NCBI GenBank assembly: GCA_030141605.1
Contig: JAQGDQ010000431.1
Location: forward strand, 135,005-199,004
Direction of reading: 5' to 3'
Origin: Tubiluchus corallicola
Taxonomy: Eukaryota > Animalia > Priapulida
DNA: 64,000 nt
Shown piece after piece: positions 1-14,538 of this stretch. The notes under the pieces were generated by a model that saw only the letters and a program-made list of their open reading frames with translations, was not told where the DNA came from and made no database searches. The position numbers and the translations under genes were made by a program. How positions within the stretch are numbered: position 1 is the stretch's first letter; the number at the start of each line of letters is the position of its first letter.

Positions 1-700
1 TTTTTTCTTCTAAGTAGTCGCTTAGGTGAAAACGTTGTTTGGCTATTTCAAACATGTTCAAAGCCATATACATAGTATATACTTAACAAAAGTAGTCCAA
101 CAAAAGCAGTTCTCAGCTAAGTTTCGGTTTTTGTTATAAGCTTGGAATACATAACTATCATAAGGATGGCTAATAAAATGTATCCAGTAGCGGATTGTAT
201 CCTTAATTATTTTAACATAAATGGAGAAAACGGCCCAGTTCTGCCCTAGGCGCATATTTGCTTAAATTGTTATTGACATTCAAAAGAAATCTGCATAATT
301 TAATATTGGCCTCTTTGCTTGGCATACTACCAAATTTAGTCTGAATATGCGGGGAATTGGTTTTAATTTCAATAATGCTAGGTCCCCATGCACAAGAGCC
401 ATATAGCATGATAGGTTCTACAGTATGTTGAAAAAATTTGATAATAGTAAGTAGGTTTGCACAGTTTGAGATGTACTTTTCATGCAGTAAAAAGCTTTTA
501 GGCCTTTGTCTTTTAGTTCGGTACAGCGCTGCCTGACAGCACCAGATGCAAAGAAGTCGACCCCTAAGTATTTCTAGGATTGAACTATTTTCAGCTTATC
601 AAACACATAGGTGAATTTTAAGTCTTTTAGAATTCTGCCTGCTTTGTTAAAAACAATCATTTCTGTCCTTTTAGTGCCTTTTTAATATTATTAACAAAGT
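1..700 (-). mobile_element. degenerate non-LTR retrotransposon RT C-terminal remnant
   Basis: Minus-strand translation FTYVFDKLKIVQS*KYLGV (YLG thumb motif), then MLYGSCAWG...LCRFLLNV...RAELGRF, with stops. Confidence 0.7.
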
Positions 701-1614
701 GTAAAAATTCTCAGAAACGGATGTACGGCAACTATTTTAAATATAGTTTAAGTTAATTTTCTGTGAAATGTTACCTGCAACCAGCCTACACGAAAAATTA
801 CGACTGCTTGTTAATTTAATTTAGCTGGCAAAGAATACATTCATAAACACTATACAATTATAATATTATTATACCTATCTCTGTAATTAATTTCCGCGGT
901 ATCTGGGTTTATATATTTATTTATTGATACAATATAAGTTTCAGGGCTACTGCTTCACTCTCGGCGATCTATGCATGTACATTAAACAAAATTTCTCGAT
1001 TTGGTGTCCCAGTTCTGACTGACAGTTTATTTTTTAAACCAGGAGGAATTGGGGGGGGGGGGCGAAAAACCTACCTACAGGCAAACCGGATGTGAATTTT
1101 CACTCTAGCATGTAGTATACAATTAGTCAGAGTTATTTTGCTACAAGTGATGTACTTGTATCACTCACTATATTTTGAATACACGCAACAATGGAAGTTG
1201 ACTTGTAAGTCTCTATACCAATTGTCACCAAGGGGCATGCAGAACACACACAGACGCCAGCAATCACACATGCACTCACCCTCACACACAGTAGTAACGT
1301 ATGTCGTATATAGAAATATATCACATGCATTGTGTAAAATATAGAAATGCAAAAAATAAAATAGAATTAGCAATGCTGTTTTGCCACACGGATAAATCAC
1401 CGGCTGCAATCTTGCCTTGTGATTAGTTTAAATGAGCCATGCCCATTTTAAATGGATGTGGCTGTACCAGCACATGCACGCACTCATGTTCCTTGAGTTA
1501 TGCAAATTGTTTTAGTTCTATCGCAATAGTTGAAACAAAAGTACATGCTTAGTCAACTGGGTTGAAAACAGATTATATCTGTGGTTGAAAATGATTTTGT
1601 TGTTTTTTCTCTTA

Positions 1615-1639
1615 TAATAATAATAACAACAACAACAAC

Positions 1640-1696
<57 letters not shown>

Positions 1697-1920
1697 CTTT
1701 ATTTGAAATTGGCTTTGAATTCAACAGACAACACAAACCTGTAACTTGACTTATTTTCGACTGTAAGCAACAAATTAGAACCACATAACAGAAACTATTA
1801 TTGCACCACTTTTACCCTAAATACCACGAGGCAGGCAGGGCACCAGCAGGTAAGATTTTTAAGTCTTTAATATTATCCAGCCGCAGTATCGAACTCACGA
1901 CCTCCCAGATTGAAAGCTGA
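1615..1920 (-). mobile_element. tRNA-derived SINE remnant with (TAT)n tail
   Basis: Minus strand GGTCGTGAGTTCGATAC (B-box-like), then AAAGACTTAAAAAT..CCTGCTGG, ending AATAAAGG plus (TAT)n/(TGT)n. Confidence 0.55.
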
Positions 1921-4319
1921 CAGTGCTGTAGGTTTTAATGTCTGTCTGAATAATTATTTAGCAGATTTTAGTGCACTTAGTAGCAAAAAACTTTTAGCTT
2001 GATTTGTATGCGTTAGCAGATTTACAAAAATTTTGTATTCAAGAATATAGATAGCGGATTATAGTTTCAGAATGTATTGAGGAAATGCAGGTAGAATTGT
2101 TCGTTCCGTTAATGTGACTAGGATTGCTAGTACAGTTTGAAAAGAACAACACAGTCTCAATCTAGCCTGTGTAAATGTTCATCCATACCAGCCTGCTATA
2201 ATTGTTACTCAACCTTGCGATGTGTCTTTTCATTTCTTAGTTATGAAATTTTTTGGTAGGCCTAATAGCAATTGTCTTTCACTGATATGGTAATAACATT
2301 AGATTGGCAACATTTAAAAAAGTTTAATAAAGAAATGGTGCAAAAATGTACTTAAAGTGACATGGAAGTCTCGAAATTCACTTATTTTGCTTGTCAGAAA
2401 TGACACTGTGAACGTGACCGAATTTTGAAGCTAGCATTTCATTTTTATCTGCTACATGCTGTTACATGTGGGTTCTTAAAATGCGTTATTACTTATTAGA
2501 AATTAGGGTTGTCTTTAAGAAAATTTTTAGAGTAGTTATTATTCCTGTTACTTGGTTCATCAACTAGTCCTGGTGAAGGGCTAACATATTTATTAATACG
2601 TGCTAAAAAGTATAACAGCATGTAAGCTGTAGGATCACTGCTAACATCTAAAATATTTAAATAATCCGGCAAGATGAGAGTTGCAACGGTTTTTATCTGC
2701 GGTTATGTGTGGCGTCAGTTGCAAAAGAAATCACTAAAAATAAACGCAATTGAACTCAAACGCTTCTTGTTGCTATGGGGCATGGAATGGACGTCGTCTG
2801 CTCCGTTTAAAGTTTTTTAATAATGCACTGTAAGGAACATTTTCCACAGTTATGTACGACTCCGTAAATATTTGGATCGATATTATGATAAAGTTTTCGT
2901 GTAGGAAGAAAGATGAATTATTGTAATCGTTCTTGGCCACGGGCCTGTAACGATGCAGTGAGTAAAGTCATGGCATGGCAATCACTTGGTCCAAAGTCAA
3001 ACGAGAATTTGTCAAACGTACAACTAGGAAAGATATATATGTGTTTTGTTCGGTCGTTTTATGTACATTTCTTTTTGCTTGCTGCATCAACGATTTCATT
3101 GCTTACATGTTTACTGAAGAAACACGTTATGCTACACAGCCGTATGCATTTCTTTTACTTGTAAGTAATAAATAATTTAAATAAATGTACTTAAGTAAGT
3201 TACTAACTAAATAGTAATACTACTAGGTCTTATTATAGTAGTTTAATAGTAGCGTCTTAAGCCGTCTTTGTAGCATATTAATTTCTGAAACGACAATATG
3301 TCGCTTGTGAGTTTACATGCAGTCACTGGTATAACAACACAACGGGATTGAATTTATTCAGATCAGGAGCAAAATGCGACAAAGGCGATACATTATCGTT
3401 TATTTAACACTAGTTTTGTGGAAGATTCTTTCAATAGTGTATTTTCTAAGGTTAAATGCTGACAAGGCTACACGTAGTAAATATTTTGCTGTTGAATGAG
3501 TTTACCACTGTCCTTCACATTCTTAAGCATTATGGGTGCAGGTTGCTTTTTAATTCCACTGACTCAGCAACTTATCTCTTTTTTATTTTTTACCAACCTT
3601 TTTTACTCGTAACTACAACCTCACTTCAACAAAACATTAAGTTTTTACCTTAATCCGCTTTATGAACTTATTTCTTATGTGTGGGGAATTGTAAACTTTA
3701 GCCTGAATCAATTCCGTTATCAAAGGTTCTTTGATGGTACTTTGAATTAGGTAAAATAATTTTCAAAGAAAAGATATTGAATTGGGTGAAATGTCTTGGA
3801 AACTTACTATTCAAATTCCCTGAACGAAGTAAACAGTGAGAACAATAAACAGTTCTAAATTCACCTGTTTGGTGACCATGGTCAATGTTGCTTGACTTTG
3901 CACACGTGATATTGCTGGCCACATGCTGTGAACATTCAACTGTCTTCTCCCCCCCCCCCCCCAAGTACGTTTATAAGTCCAGTCAGCCCCGACCAATGGT
4001 ATCAATAAAACAGCACAATTTGTAATTGTAAAAAGACTTTTAAAAATTGTACACAAAATTTATTGATGGCAAGAGAACAAAAGAAGTCGCATATATGATC
4101 TTCAATATCTTATTTAGATTTTTTTGTCTGCATTCCTGCACTATGCGTTCATCTAATTTGAAGGTACTCAGTTATGGCTATTTCAGCAATATTTGTAAGT
4201 TTAATTGTTATAATTGTATTGCCTTGCATAATTGTTGCAGTTTCATGCTGGCTTAGTTGCCAATGGTCTGGAAGTTAGTGCACGTTTTCAGTTATATAAT
4301 CATTTGGAGACAAACGTTA

Positions 4320-4930
4320 ATTTTATTTCAGACAAGAAAGTCCATATGAAAATACAATACAATGCACAAAATCCGTGAAATTAAAATAGCCTTAACTAAA
4401 ATCTAATTACTAAAAATAAAGTTTAAATTAATTGCACACAAACACATGTATACAAGTAATTATTAATACACAATCCATAAACATAATTTTATTATTTAAA
4501 ATTCAAAAGTGCAATTAGTAAATCGTTAAGTCTATGGAACAGAAGTGACCTTCATTCGCATACAAAGTAGAATGAATGAATAAGCATCACTCTCTAAAAT
4601 AGATTTAATGTGTAAATTAGAAGTATTAAAAAATCTATTTCTAAAAGAAAATACGAACTTGCGCACAAGTACGTTAAAATATGGGATACCTAAATATACT
4701 GTCATTTCACGTGCACTGCAATCATGAAGAAGTGAAAATAGTTTGCATTTACACTTGTTATAAGTAATTTTGATTTCCTTCAAGACGTAACCATTGTATT
4801 TACGCCTCAACGATATACCATATATACACGTACAAAAGTTTTTAAATAAAGATATTTTAACATCAGTATTGCATTTACTAAAATGTTGAATTATAATATT
4901 AGCTATAGTGGCTAAGCATTTTCGTGACAA
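4320..4930 (-). mobile_element. 5'-truncated LINE 3' remnant
   Basis: FSKCNTDVKISLFKNFCTCIYG...YNK...SAREM...FNVLVRK...RFFNTSN resembles the post-RT region of non-LTR elements; AATAAA near 4322 on the minus strand. Confidence 0.7.
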
Positions 4931-5920
4931 AAAAGATTGCTTTTTGAAAAACAACCAATTTTGCATTCGTTTTAAAATGTTAGAGTTTCATTATTTTTGC
5001 AGGTGCTTCACGTGCTTTCATTTTTCTTCGCTATATTGGGGTTTGTATACATGTCTCAAGTTGGACAATCTTTTGCAGAAATTCACGCAAAGGTTGTAGT
5101 TGCAGTATTTTCTGTTGGTGAGCAATTTAAACAGTATTTAAACTTACCTTTTTAACGTTAAGTTAGCTATTGCACTCACACTCATTAAAATACATGACTG
5201 ACAAAAGAAGATTCGCTAACCTAAAACTTGTATTACTTTGATTTATTGAAGATCTTCAATTTTACAAAGCAGCTATATGGGGTTCTAATATTGCCGTGTG
5301 CAAGTTATGATGTCTCCCATATTGAGCGCACACTTATATGTTACCTTATATTGCCAAATGTTGTACATCCAAGTCAGCAGTTTGTCAAGCGTTTTACTAA
5401 ATACTAGTATCTAATAGTAGTAACACTATTGTTAAGTTTGTGGCACACCAAGCTCTGATTACTGTTAAATCAGCAATGGGTTTTAATTGACGTCATATGT
5501 GTTGCACATTCAGCTGTAGTAGTTATCAGTTAGAAAATGGACATGATATTTTTGCAAAGAGGTCAGTGAGAAAAAAGCTTTGATAGCAAACCAACAGGTA
5601 ATTGTTAATATCGCTAGAGTTATATTACCTGTTGGTTTCCTATCAAAGTCTTTTTGCTCACTGTTCTGCTTTTCAAAAGTACTGCATCAAATACTTAGAA
5701 TGTTTGATTTTAATTTTTTAAACACAGCACAGCTGTAATCAATTCTAGATTACATTGTTGCATGTTAATTTGCCAGAAATTGTACTGCTTATATATTTTA
5801 TCAGAAATACTAGGCCCATTAATCCTTTTTACTATTGTTATGTTGTTTTATTACTAATCGTATGAATAATCGTGTCTGATAACACTTTTTATGAATTACT
5901 ATATTCGAAATAAAATGATG

Positions 5921-5983
<63 letters not shown>

Positions 5984-8139
5984 TTTAAATATATATTAGC
6001 TGATAGATTTGTTTTGCTTGTTTTACGTGCTATTAATAATGTTTTGCGTACAACAACAGTTACTCTCCCGGATTTTATTCATTACTAAACTATAAAATTT
6101 TTTTGTTCTAGTTTTCAACTTTCTGACATTCGTGATACGTGCGACAATGGAAGTCGTCTTTAAGTATTACAGACACGAGTTCTATCTTGTGGCTCAAGAT
6201 GACCCCGTAGTATCGAAGAGTTACACTGATGGCACTTCACAATAGCATCTAAACTGTAAATAAGATGTAAATACCTCTCACACACAGTTTTGAAGATTCT
6301 GTGATGAGGAGATTTAGTGCAGTGACTATGAGCATTACAAATGTACCAGTTCAGGAAAGGACCTGTAATGAATTGAAAAGTGACGAGCGACGGTAACATA
6401 GGCTTGTGTGGGCCCACACAATATATGTCATGACACCAATTCTGAATTTATTTAATTTATTGTTATGTTTATGTTAGTATGTTAATAAAATGTTTCTTTG
6501 TTTACTTTTTCCTATACTGGTTTTTATTATTACTGTACATATAGTGCATTCACGTGATAATTTATTTCTTTAAATTCTTTATTTACACATTTAAACCATT
6601 GCATTTTGAAGAAACTCTACCGTACCTGCTTTGTCAGAATAAAAGAAGTTATTAATGATGTTCTAAATATAGTCAATACATGCAAGCAAACATTCTGGTG
6701 AAATCAAAATGAAGAAAAAACTCATTTTCATGTATTAAGATAGGTATTAAAAGGAGTTATAATGTTGGAAGAGAGTATATATTGAAAAATAATAACTTGA
6801 CTGATTTAGGATTACCATCATTGTTTGCTGGAATTTATATTTTAATTTCAAAAGAATCACTAGTGCATTAATTTGTATTTTATCCATATACTGATTATAG
6901 AAAATCATTATTTTTTGTTCTGATAAAGCATTTAATGTGATTTCTGCAAAATATGAAAGCTTAAACAAATTTTCTATTATTTGAGCTAAAATTATTATCA
7001 TTAGGATACTGGTTGATTGTGATACATACAATTGGTATATGAATAAGAACCAGTCCAATCTTAACTAAAATAATGCTTTTTGTTACGGGAGTAGGAGGTT
7101 CTCTAAAAATTAGTATTCGTTGCATAATAGCTAGTACACAAAGGCATTGTCTAGTAAAAAACTGAATTGATTTCTGTTGGAAAATTTATACTTTGCAATA
7201 TCTGTGTATAGATTAAAAACTAGCAGTGCAAGTCACTGATTTAAGAAAAATATAATTAGTTCGTGAATTAACTCAATAAAATATTTTTAAGGAACATTAA
7301 TAAAATTGCCATTACAGTTTTGAATTTTAAAATTTCCGTTAAGACTATCAGTGCATTAAACAAAAATGGTATACACACTGAGTTATGACTTTTTTGAAAG
7401 GATTTGGAACAGCATTGATATGATTCAGTCTAATTATCTGTTGTCGAATCTACTCATCATCATCATCATACGCCCGTCACGTCTATTGTAGACACTGGGC
7501 AGGCAGAATTCTAAAATAAAAGAAATCTGCCTTCGAACAGGTGAACGCAGCAGTAATCCAGCAAAAAAACTAGACACTGCTACGCCAGTGGCTTGTCAGC
7601 ACCACTTCCGCTAAATCGAATCTACTACTCCTTTGTGCTCGACGAGAGATGGCAGCACGGTCAACAACAAACCACAGCTGTAACAAAGTATAGGAAAAGG
7701 AAATGACGAAATTTTATTGTTACGTATTTCGTTTTTGCGGTTAACGGCTACCCTAGCGGCATCAAACGGCGGATGATTAAAAAGTTTTGAGCTGTGCTCT
7801 GACTGTAATAATAATATTCTTACGTCTACCAATAGTGTTGGCATACGCGTAATTTTGATAAGCCAAAATCACTTTTGCGTTTTTAATAAAAGAAGAATAT
7901 CTCAAATAAAAGCAATTATTAGTTTAAAAGACTAAAAACATTTCATGAAAACGAAAAACAGTTGTAGCAACAAGTTTGTATTATGTACTTGCAACTACAT
8001 CTTCAGTTTTCTTGTAAGTAAAATTTTATTGTTCTTCCTGAGGAAAGACGCTAGCTGACTGTGTGATGGGCTGCCTACTATGTAAAAAAGTAATGCATTT
8101 TTTATTGATTTCTTGATTTTTCTCTCCCTCCCTCTCTTA

Positions 8140-8179
8140 GAGAGAAAGAGAGAGGGATAGGAAGAGAGACAGTGAACGG

Positions 8180-8227
<48 letters not shown>

Positions 8228-8268
8228 GGGAGGGAGAGAGAGAGAGGGAGAGAGAGAGAGAGAGAGAT
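8140..8268. repeat. (GA)n microsatellite
   Basis: Visible directly; similar simple repeats at 5921-5983 (ATA), 16745-16915 (CT), 38190-38410 (CT-rich), 43320-43445 (TA), 48930-49270 (CAT-like), 50340-50778 (GA) and 59960-60125 (CTTA). Confidence 0.95.
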
Positions 8269-10551
8269 ACTTCTTTTCCTTTTGTTGAAGGTTCTGCCAT
8301 TTGTTTCTTGGTCGTTTTACTCCAATGCGAGGTAGCGAATTTGGCACATTTAAAATTGCACCTATTTACGTGCCCTGCAATTAATCTGTATAGTTACACA
8401 TATATTATATTGTAGGTTTGCATATAAATAATTCGCACACAACATGTAGTTGCATACGGTGCTTCATATAAAAATAATCATTGCAGTAGTAGAGATGAGT
8501 AGGACTGAACTGCCAGCCTAGGGCATCGTAACGTCTTGATACACCCATGCACACAGACTCACATACGTGTACGATGTATGCATTATTACATACAAAGATT
8601 CTATGAAGCTGAGCCTATATATTTAACTATATAAAATGATTACCCTTAGCACCTAGGCCTGTATAAAGTCAATTAATTTAAGCCCATCAATAAATAATAT
8701 TTATAAAGGCTTGTCAGTGGATTTAGCCACAGGTGTTTTATTAGTACGCTTATACAAGTACATGCTTTACACGTAAACAAACTGTATTTAATGAACACTT
8801 ATTTTGACATAAGCCTAACTGAATCTTAAAAAATAGGCTAAATATAAGTGACGTCTACACATGATGTATAAAGTGTTATGACACGCATGCCGATTCTAAT
8901 TTATGTTCCACGTTGGCTTCTCACCTGAATTCCATAACTTGATTTTGACCTAGTTAGTTGGTTGTTATAGAGGTGGAAGTAATACCGGCTGCTTAGGATG
9001 ACAGCTCTGGTGTTTCGTTTTGTTATTTTTTGTTCACTGATAATAAAAAAGAGGAGTAATGTCATAAATGCATCTCCGTTTGTTCCACATCATTTTATAA
9101 CCAACTCCAACTCATAACAAAGGCCAATGTATGATTACATGCTTTTTAAACATCTTTTAACTTGGAATCAGCAAAACATGTAGATGCTTAGATTAAGTTT
9201 TGTTCTGGAAAAATCAATTGCTCTTCTGAAAAAATTGATTTCTTTCTATGAAAGGTATTACACATGAAAGTCAGTCCTAATATTTTTTCAAGTTATATTT
9301 CCTGATAAGAACATATTAAATAGGAATGTTTTTTAGAAAAAATATTTCTCCAGAAATAGAATACTACATGAGCCAGGTATTTGCAAAGTTTCTTTATGAT
9401 CAACTTTCTTAACTTCTTTTGTAAATAAGCCTATTAATTTTCATGAGATACGATTATAATAGTTTTCATTTTAACTACTAATTATTCTTAATGCCTTATG
9501 CTTGCTTTAAATAATATTCAAAAATATAACAGCTGCTATGAATCGTCAGAGAGAGATGTAGGCCTTGCAGTCTTTGCTTAGTGTACAAAATATTTAACTT
9601 GTCACAACAGTTACAAAACTGTGTTATAATTAACGTTTTATTATAATTACCTGGCTGCATCCTTGCGAAATTTAAAAGGATATTTTTATTTGTGTTTTCG
9701 CAACTTATTGCTGAGCAATTTATGAGCGCCTGTTAACCGGCCTGGCTTTGGTGGTCTCATCAATTCATCTGCTACAGTACAGACAGCTTGCGCAATATCG
9801 TACCCAACAGCAACGTTCCGTACTGCTCTGCCGCTAGGGCGACACTAACTGCGCGAACTGCTGCGCAGTAAACCCCTACTTTGTTTTTGGATACTTTGGC
9901 TGTACCAACTAATCACAAGCACGCAACGTAACGTTGTTTTCGTTCAGGCGTGTGGGTTGTTGATTTTACGGAGTTTTATTGAATCTGGAGATTTACAGGT
10001 CTACTGACACGGAAGTTTTAAAATTCAGAAGCAGGTCAGCCATCTTTTCAACAGAGTCAAACAAAGAGATGTAAGATACCGCGCTAGGCCTCTTATAAAG
10101 TTTGCAGGACACTTGCTGTAACTTGTTTGAAAGTTGTGTCCGTAGGCCTACTACATTGGAGATTTTGTATAAGTGCATGTGATTGCTGTCATTATTCTAT
10201 GTTGTAGAAATAATTAATTATTTGATAGCTTTTAAAAACAATTTGTCAAGTATACAGAGAAAAGTGCAACTGATCAGTTAACAAGTGCACTACAAAACCT
10301 CATCAATGCGGCGAGAGGCTCAATGGAGATGTGATGCTTTAATTACCACTTTACTCAGACATAACTATTTCTTTGTAGATTGCTGTGTAGCGGAGCTGCA
10401 GAGTTAGTTTTAAATTAGCATTTGATCTCATATGGCTTGTAAACATTCTTAATTTCTTAGTATAGTTTAGCATAGTCTTATAAAAGAGGAGCACGAATTG
10501 ATATTTTGTGCCACTGTTGTCTTACAGTGTCGTGTTGCATTCATTGTCATA

Positions 10552-10677
10552 ATGGCAAGGCTGGTGTCTAGATTAAATCCTCTGCTTGGTACATTGCGCA
10601 GCAGGGTGTTATACTCTACAGTTACGGTTCCTGGTGTGCCGGCTCCGCAAACTGATGTACAACCACACTATAATAAG
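10552..10677 (+). CDS. ALDH2: ALDH2-type aldehyde dehydrogenase, coding exon 1 (mitochondrial transit peptide)
   Basis: MARLVSRLNPLLGTLRSRVLYSTVTVPGVPAPQTDVQPHYNK: Arg-rich, acid-free N-terminus followed by VPAP..QP as in ALDH2; donor AAG|GTAAAC; an acceptor ttacag ends at 10527, upstream of the ATG. Confidence 0.85.
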
Positions 10678-10718
10678 GTAAACAGCTTGTCAGCGTAATG
10701 TATAATTGAACAACAATT

Positions 10719-12358
10719 GTGTGCTTGCAAACCAAAACTGTCCAAAAGTCGGTATTTTAAATCGAGTTACGATGCTTCAATGTAGAATGCATCAAAAATT
10801 GTGTCAAATATCAGTTTTTTTGTTTTTTTTACAAAAAGAAACGCTAAATATATTGGAGTTTTATGTTCTAACATCAGGAAATTACTTGAAAAATATTAAA
10901 AATTTAACTTTGTAACTCTTTGCACATCTTTCTACCTAGAAATGAGTATCGTGTTTGTTAAAACTGGTATTTTCAACTGTGATATTAGCTCTTGGAAGCA
11001 GCTATTTTTCTTGCGTTTTTTTCTGTTACCTAGCCCAAATTTTCGTTTGGAAAAGCCAGTGACATCTACAGGATGTAGATGTCACTTCAATGTGTTCTTG
11101 CAAAGTCCATAGTGTTTTCGTAGGCTTGCTAAGTGTTTTTGCGAAGCATTACAAAAACAATGGCAAACTTTAACATTGAGTTTCTCAAGATTATGTTTTT
11201 CAATGCATAGCCTGCACCTCAACTTCAACGTTAATTATCTCAGCTAAAATAACATAGAGTGATGAGCTTGGGATCAAAGTGATCCTCTTGAAATAGAGAT
11301 TCGGAATATGTGAATAACTAAAAAATCTTAAAGTAAAACCAGACCCAATCTTAAACTGTAGGTTTAAAAAAATCTACTGTTTAAAATTTTGAAAGGAAAC
11401 ATACTTTTTTTTCAAAAATAACTTACGCGAACGAATTGTTACCATGCAAATACAATTCCACGTTTGCACAATTAGTTATTCGCTGTTACATGCATTGAGT
11501 TAGATGGGCACTAGCGCCTACACTTCGGAAACGCATTGCAGATTTAAACAATCTCACTGATGTAGTCAGTAAACTATTTTGCTTGAATATTAGATCATAT
11601 CTTCCGTCGTTTATAACAAGGTGTCTAATAGGTTGTCTCAAGTTCAGGGTAAATACCCGGTACAGTTTGCTACAGTAGCGATCGTCGTGCACACTGAATA
11701 CACAATTGCTGCAGATTTAGTGAGAAAATTTAAGCAATCTCACCGAAATAGTCTGTCTGCGACTTCTTTAAGACTAAATTTCCTTCTTTCATTAACTTAA
11801 CGTCTTATTTAACACTTGATCAAGCAGTATTTTCCGATATTTTAACTAGATTTTGGCAGTTCAAAAAATCTGTAGCCATTCCACAGCGCACGCATGCGCA
11901 ATACCGAGTTACGTATTTCGCTATTTTAAAAATGGTGATAAACTAATAAACTTACTTACAAAAAACAGGTGCTGTACATCTCAGTTCAGATGTGTTAGCT
12001 TGTGATAAACTGCACATGTTCGACAGCTCGTGGGAGTACAGCAGTAAACTTGAAATTTGAATTTTTATCTTAAAACTTGCCTAGTTTTAGCACAACACAC
12101 TGAACATCTTACAGTAGTACTGTACTTCAATTTTCGCCTTCTCAGTTCTCTCGAAAATTTTGTTAACTTGTGATGTCATCAATAGTTGGGCTCACCCGCC
12201 GCTATTTATGTTTTTAGTTTATTATTTAATTATCAGTAACTCTTTTGCAGTATTAATCGTGTTAAAATGTATACTTTTTATCGGACTTGAAAATTGGGTA
12301 GTATATGAAAAATCATCCTGTCTTCCTTTCACTACCGACTTTTGCTGTCCAAGCGCAC
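10719..12358 (+). mobile_element. MITE family F (GTGTGCTTGC TIR) interrupted by a nested Kolobok-like family C copy (11332-12327)
   Basis: Colinear with 40518-41094 up to the TTAA at 11328; the F right end resumes after 12330. Confidence 0.75.
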
Positions 12359-12425
12359 AATTAATGATAGAATGTCTGAGCACAGAGTAAAACATTCTGT
12401 TATTTGAAGTTATACTTTTCTGCAG

Positions 12426-12530
12426 ATTTTTATTAACAATGAATGGCACAACTCTGCTAGTGGAAAGACTTTTTCAACAATCAATCCGTCGACAGGAGAA
12501 AAAATATGTGACGTGGCGGAAAGTGACAAG
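12426..12530 (+). CDS. ALDH2: ALDH2 exon 2 (105 nt)
   Basis: tgcag|[35 protein letters not shown]|gt. Confidence 0.97.
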
Positions 12531-12739
12531 GTTGTGATTAAGTACAAGTTTGATAATCACATTATTTGCATGAATCTTCTTCAAATTCAACATAGTTGAA
12601 CAGTCTCGTATAAACACTAGAATTGAATGACTGTTACATAATGTAAGGATGAAGAAATAAGTTTTAGTAAAAAATATTTTTTTTAATTAGCGGTACAGTT
12701 AAAATGGGGTAGACTTAAACCCAAAATGTATCAGAGTGT

Positions 12740-13037
12740 TGTGTCTGATTAGTTGAAATTTTGTGTGTTAGCCAATTTCACGCAAGTGATAATGTACAAT
12801 TGTTACGGTGCAAACACGGCTGTTACTGAAAGCTTTTTTCATTTTTTTATCAAAAATTGATTTTTAATTTGTCTAAGGTAAGCAAATGCATTTCATATAA
12901 TAATTTTCAATGAAAATCCATTGTGTGAGGAGTAGAAACCTTCAGAAACTGTCAAGACTGACATAATTGTTGCTTAGTGGGAGCAGTTTTTCATGAACCC
13001 ATGCAAAATGTAGCAAACACTTGCGCTCCTGAAAGAG
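12740..13037 (-). mobile_element. partial copy of piggyBac-like MITE family J
   Basis: Reverse complement of 35479-35780; ends CCTGAAAGAG followed by TTAA. Confidence 0.7.
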
Positions 13038-13801
13038 TTAAATATCTTACTTGATTTTACACGTTTTCATTAAAAAAATTTCTAATGTGTGAAATCATCT
13101 GCCAGAGATGTTTGGTCTTTCTTGCAACAACACAAAATGTTTTTGCAAAACACGCAGTGCCAACGAAATTCTGTTAATGGAGAGAAACTCTGCCAACTAG
13201 TTAAAGAAAAACAAACATCGTCTTCTTCTATTTAGGCCAATTATTAGCCAAGCTGATAAATCAAATCTTTCTTCATTTTATATATATGTATGCATGTATG
13301 TATGTTGTATACATGATGACACGATGGTATACGTGATGGCAAATAAAACATTATGTGAATTAATATGATAATTGTTATTGAGAGTATTAAAGATATGATA
13401 AATGATCAATTGCAAGTTTTTGCAAAATGTTTGTATGTATCTGAGTAAGAAAGACTTAGGACATAAATATATATAACTCATATGAATTATGAGAGATGGT
13501 CAATTCTAATACTTTTTGATATTTTTTGCTACTTTTTTGCCATGTAAATTTCCATATGAGTTGTATATTTTTATGGTATAGGCACTTATATTATAAGTTT
13601 AGAGCGTTATGTGGCTTTTGATATTTTCCAGTTATTGGTGAATTCTGCTTTATCGTTTTTATATACGGGTCTTCTGTGAGTTTGCAGTTTGTTTTTTAGT
13701 TCTGTTTTAAATGTTGTTAATCTGTCTTTGGATTTTATACTTAAGGGCGCTGAATTCCATAAGTTGATGCTGTTTTGCTTACTGAATTGTATCCATATAT
13801 G

Positions 13802-14213
13802 TAGGGGCGTATCAAGATTTTACGGCACCCTAGGCTGATAGTTCTGTCCCGCCCATCTCTATTGTGAATTTATTTTTATTTATGTAATGAGGAGGCTAAA
13901 CAATTACTTGTGGTTCACTAATAACCTAGTTTCTATATGGTCATTATTAATTACACATATTTTGCATTATTATTATTATATTCAAGCATGCTGCGCAACT
14001 GCTTGTTGTGTAATACCTTGTACCTGTTCATTATGTGGCACTTATAAAGTCTGAGTTCAGCAACTGCCTGTGGTATGATAAAATGTGCCCTTTTCGTGAA
14101 TATGAAAGTATTCACATTTTCCGAGGAGAATAGGAATTTCTAAAATGTGACGCGCCTCAAACTTTGGCACCTTAGGCTACAGCCTAGTTAGCCTGTTGGT
14201 TAATACGCCTCTG
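13802..14213. mobile_element. hAT-like MITE
   Basis: TIR TAGGGGCGTAT / ATACGCCTCTG with perfect 8-bp TSD CATATATG. Confidence 0.85.
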
Positions 14214-14397
14214 CATATATGTTTTTTGTTGGTAACTGTTTTAGGTTATAGCTGAGTACGTTTTTATATTCATAATTAGTTTTTTCTTAGTTGACAGTTT
14301 ATATGTCTGAAATTTATAAAATTGCCAGTGATAATGATGTACAGCTAGCGGGTTTATTTCATATAATGAATAAATTTTGTTGCTTAACATGAATTAG

Positions 14398-14538
14398 GCT
14401 GATGTTGACAAAGCAGTTAAGGCCGCATCAGATGCATTTCGGTTTGGTTCGGAATGGCGGCGTATGGACGCTTCAACACGAGGGCACCTGATGAATAAGC
14501 TTGCTGACCTGATTGAGAGAGATGCTGTCTATTTGGCT
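14398..14538 (+). CDS. ALDH2: ALDH2 exon 3 (141 nt)
   Basis: ttag|[47 protein letters not shown]|gtgagt. Confidence 0.97.
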
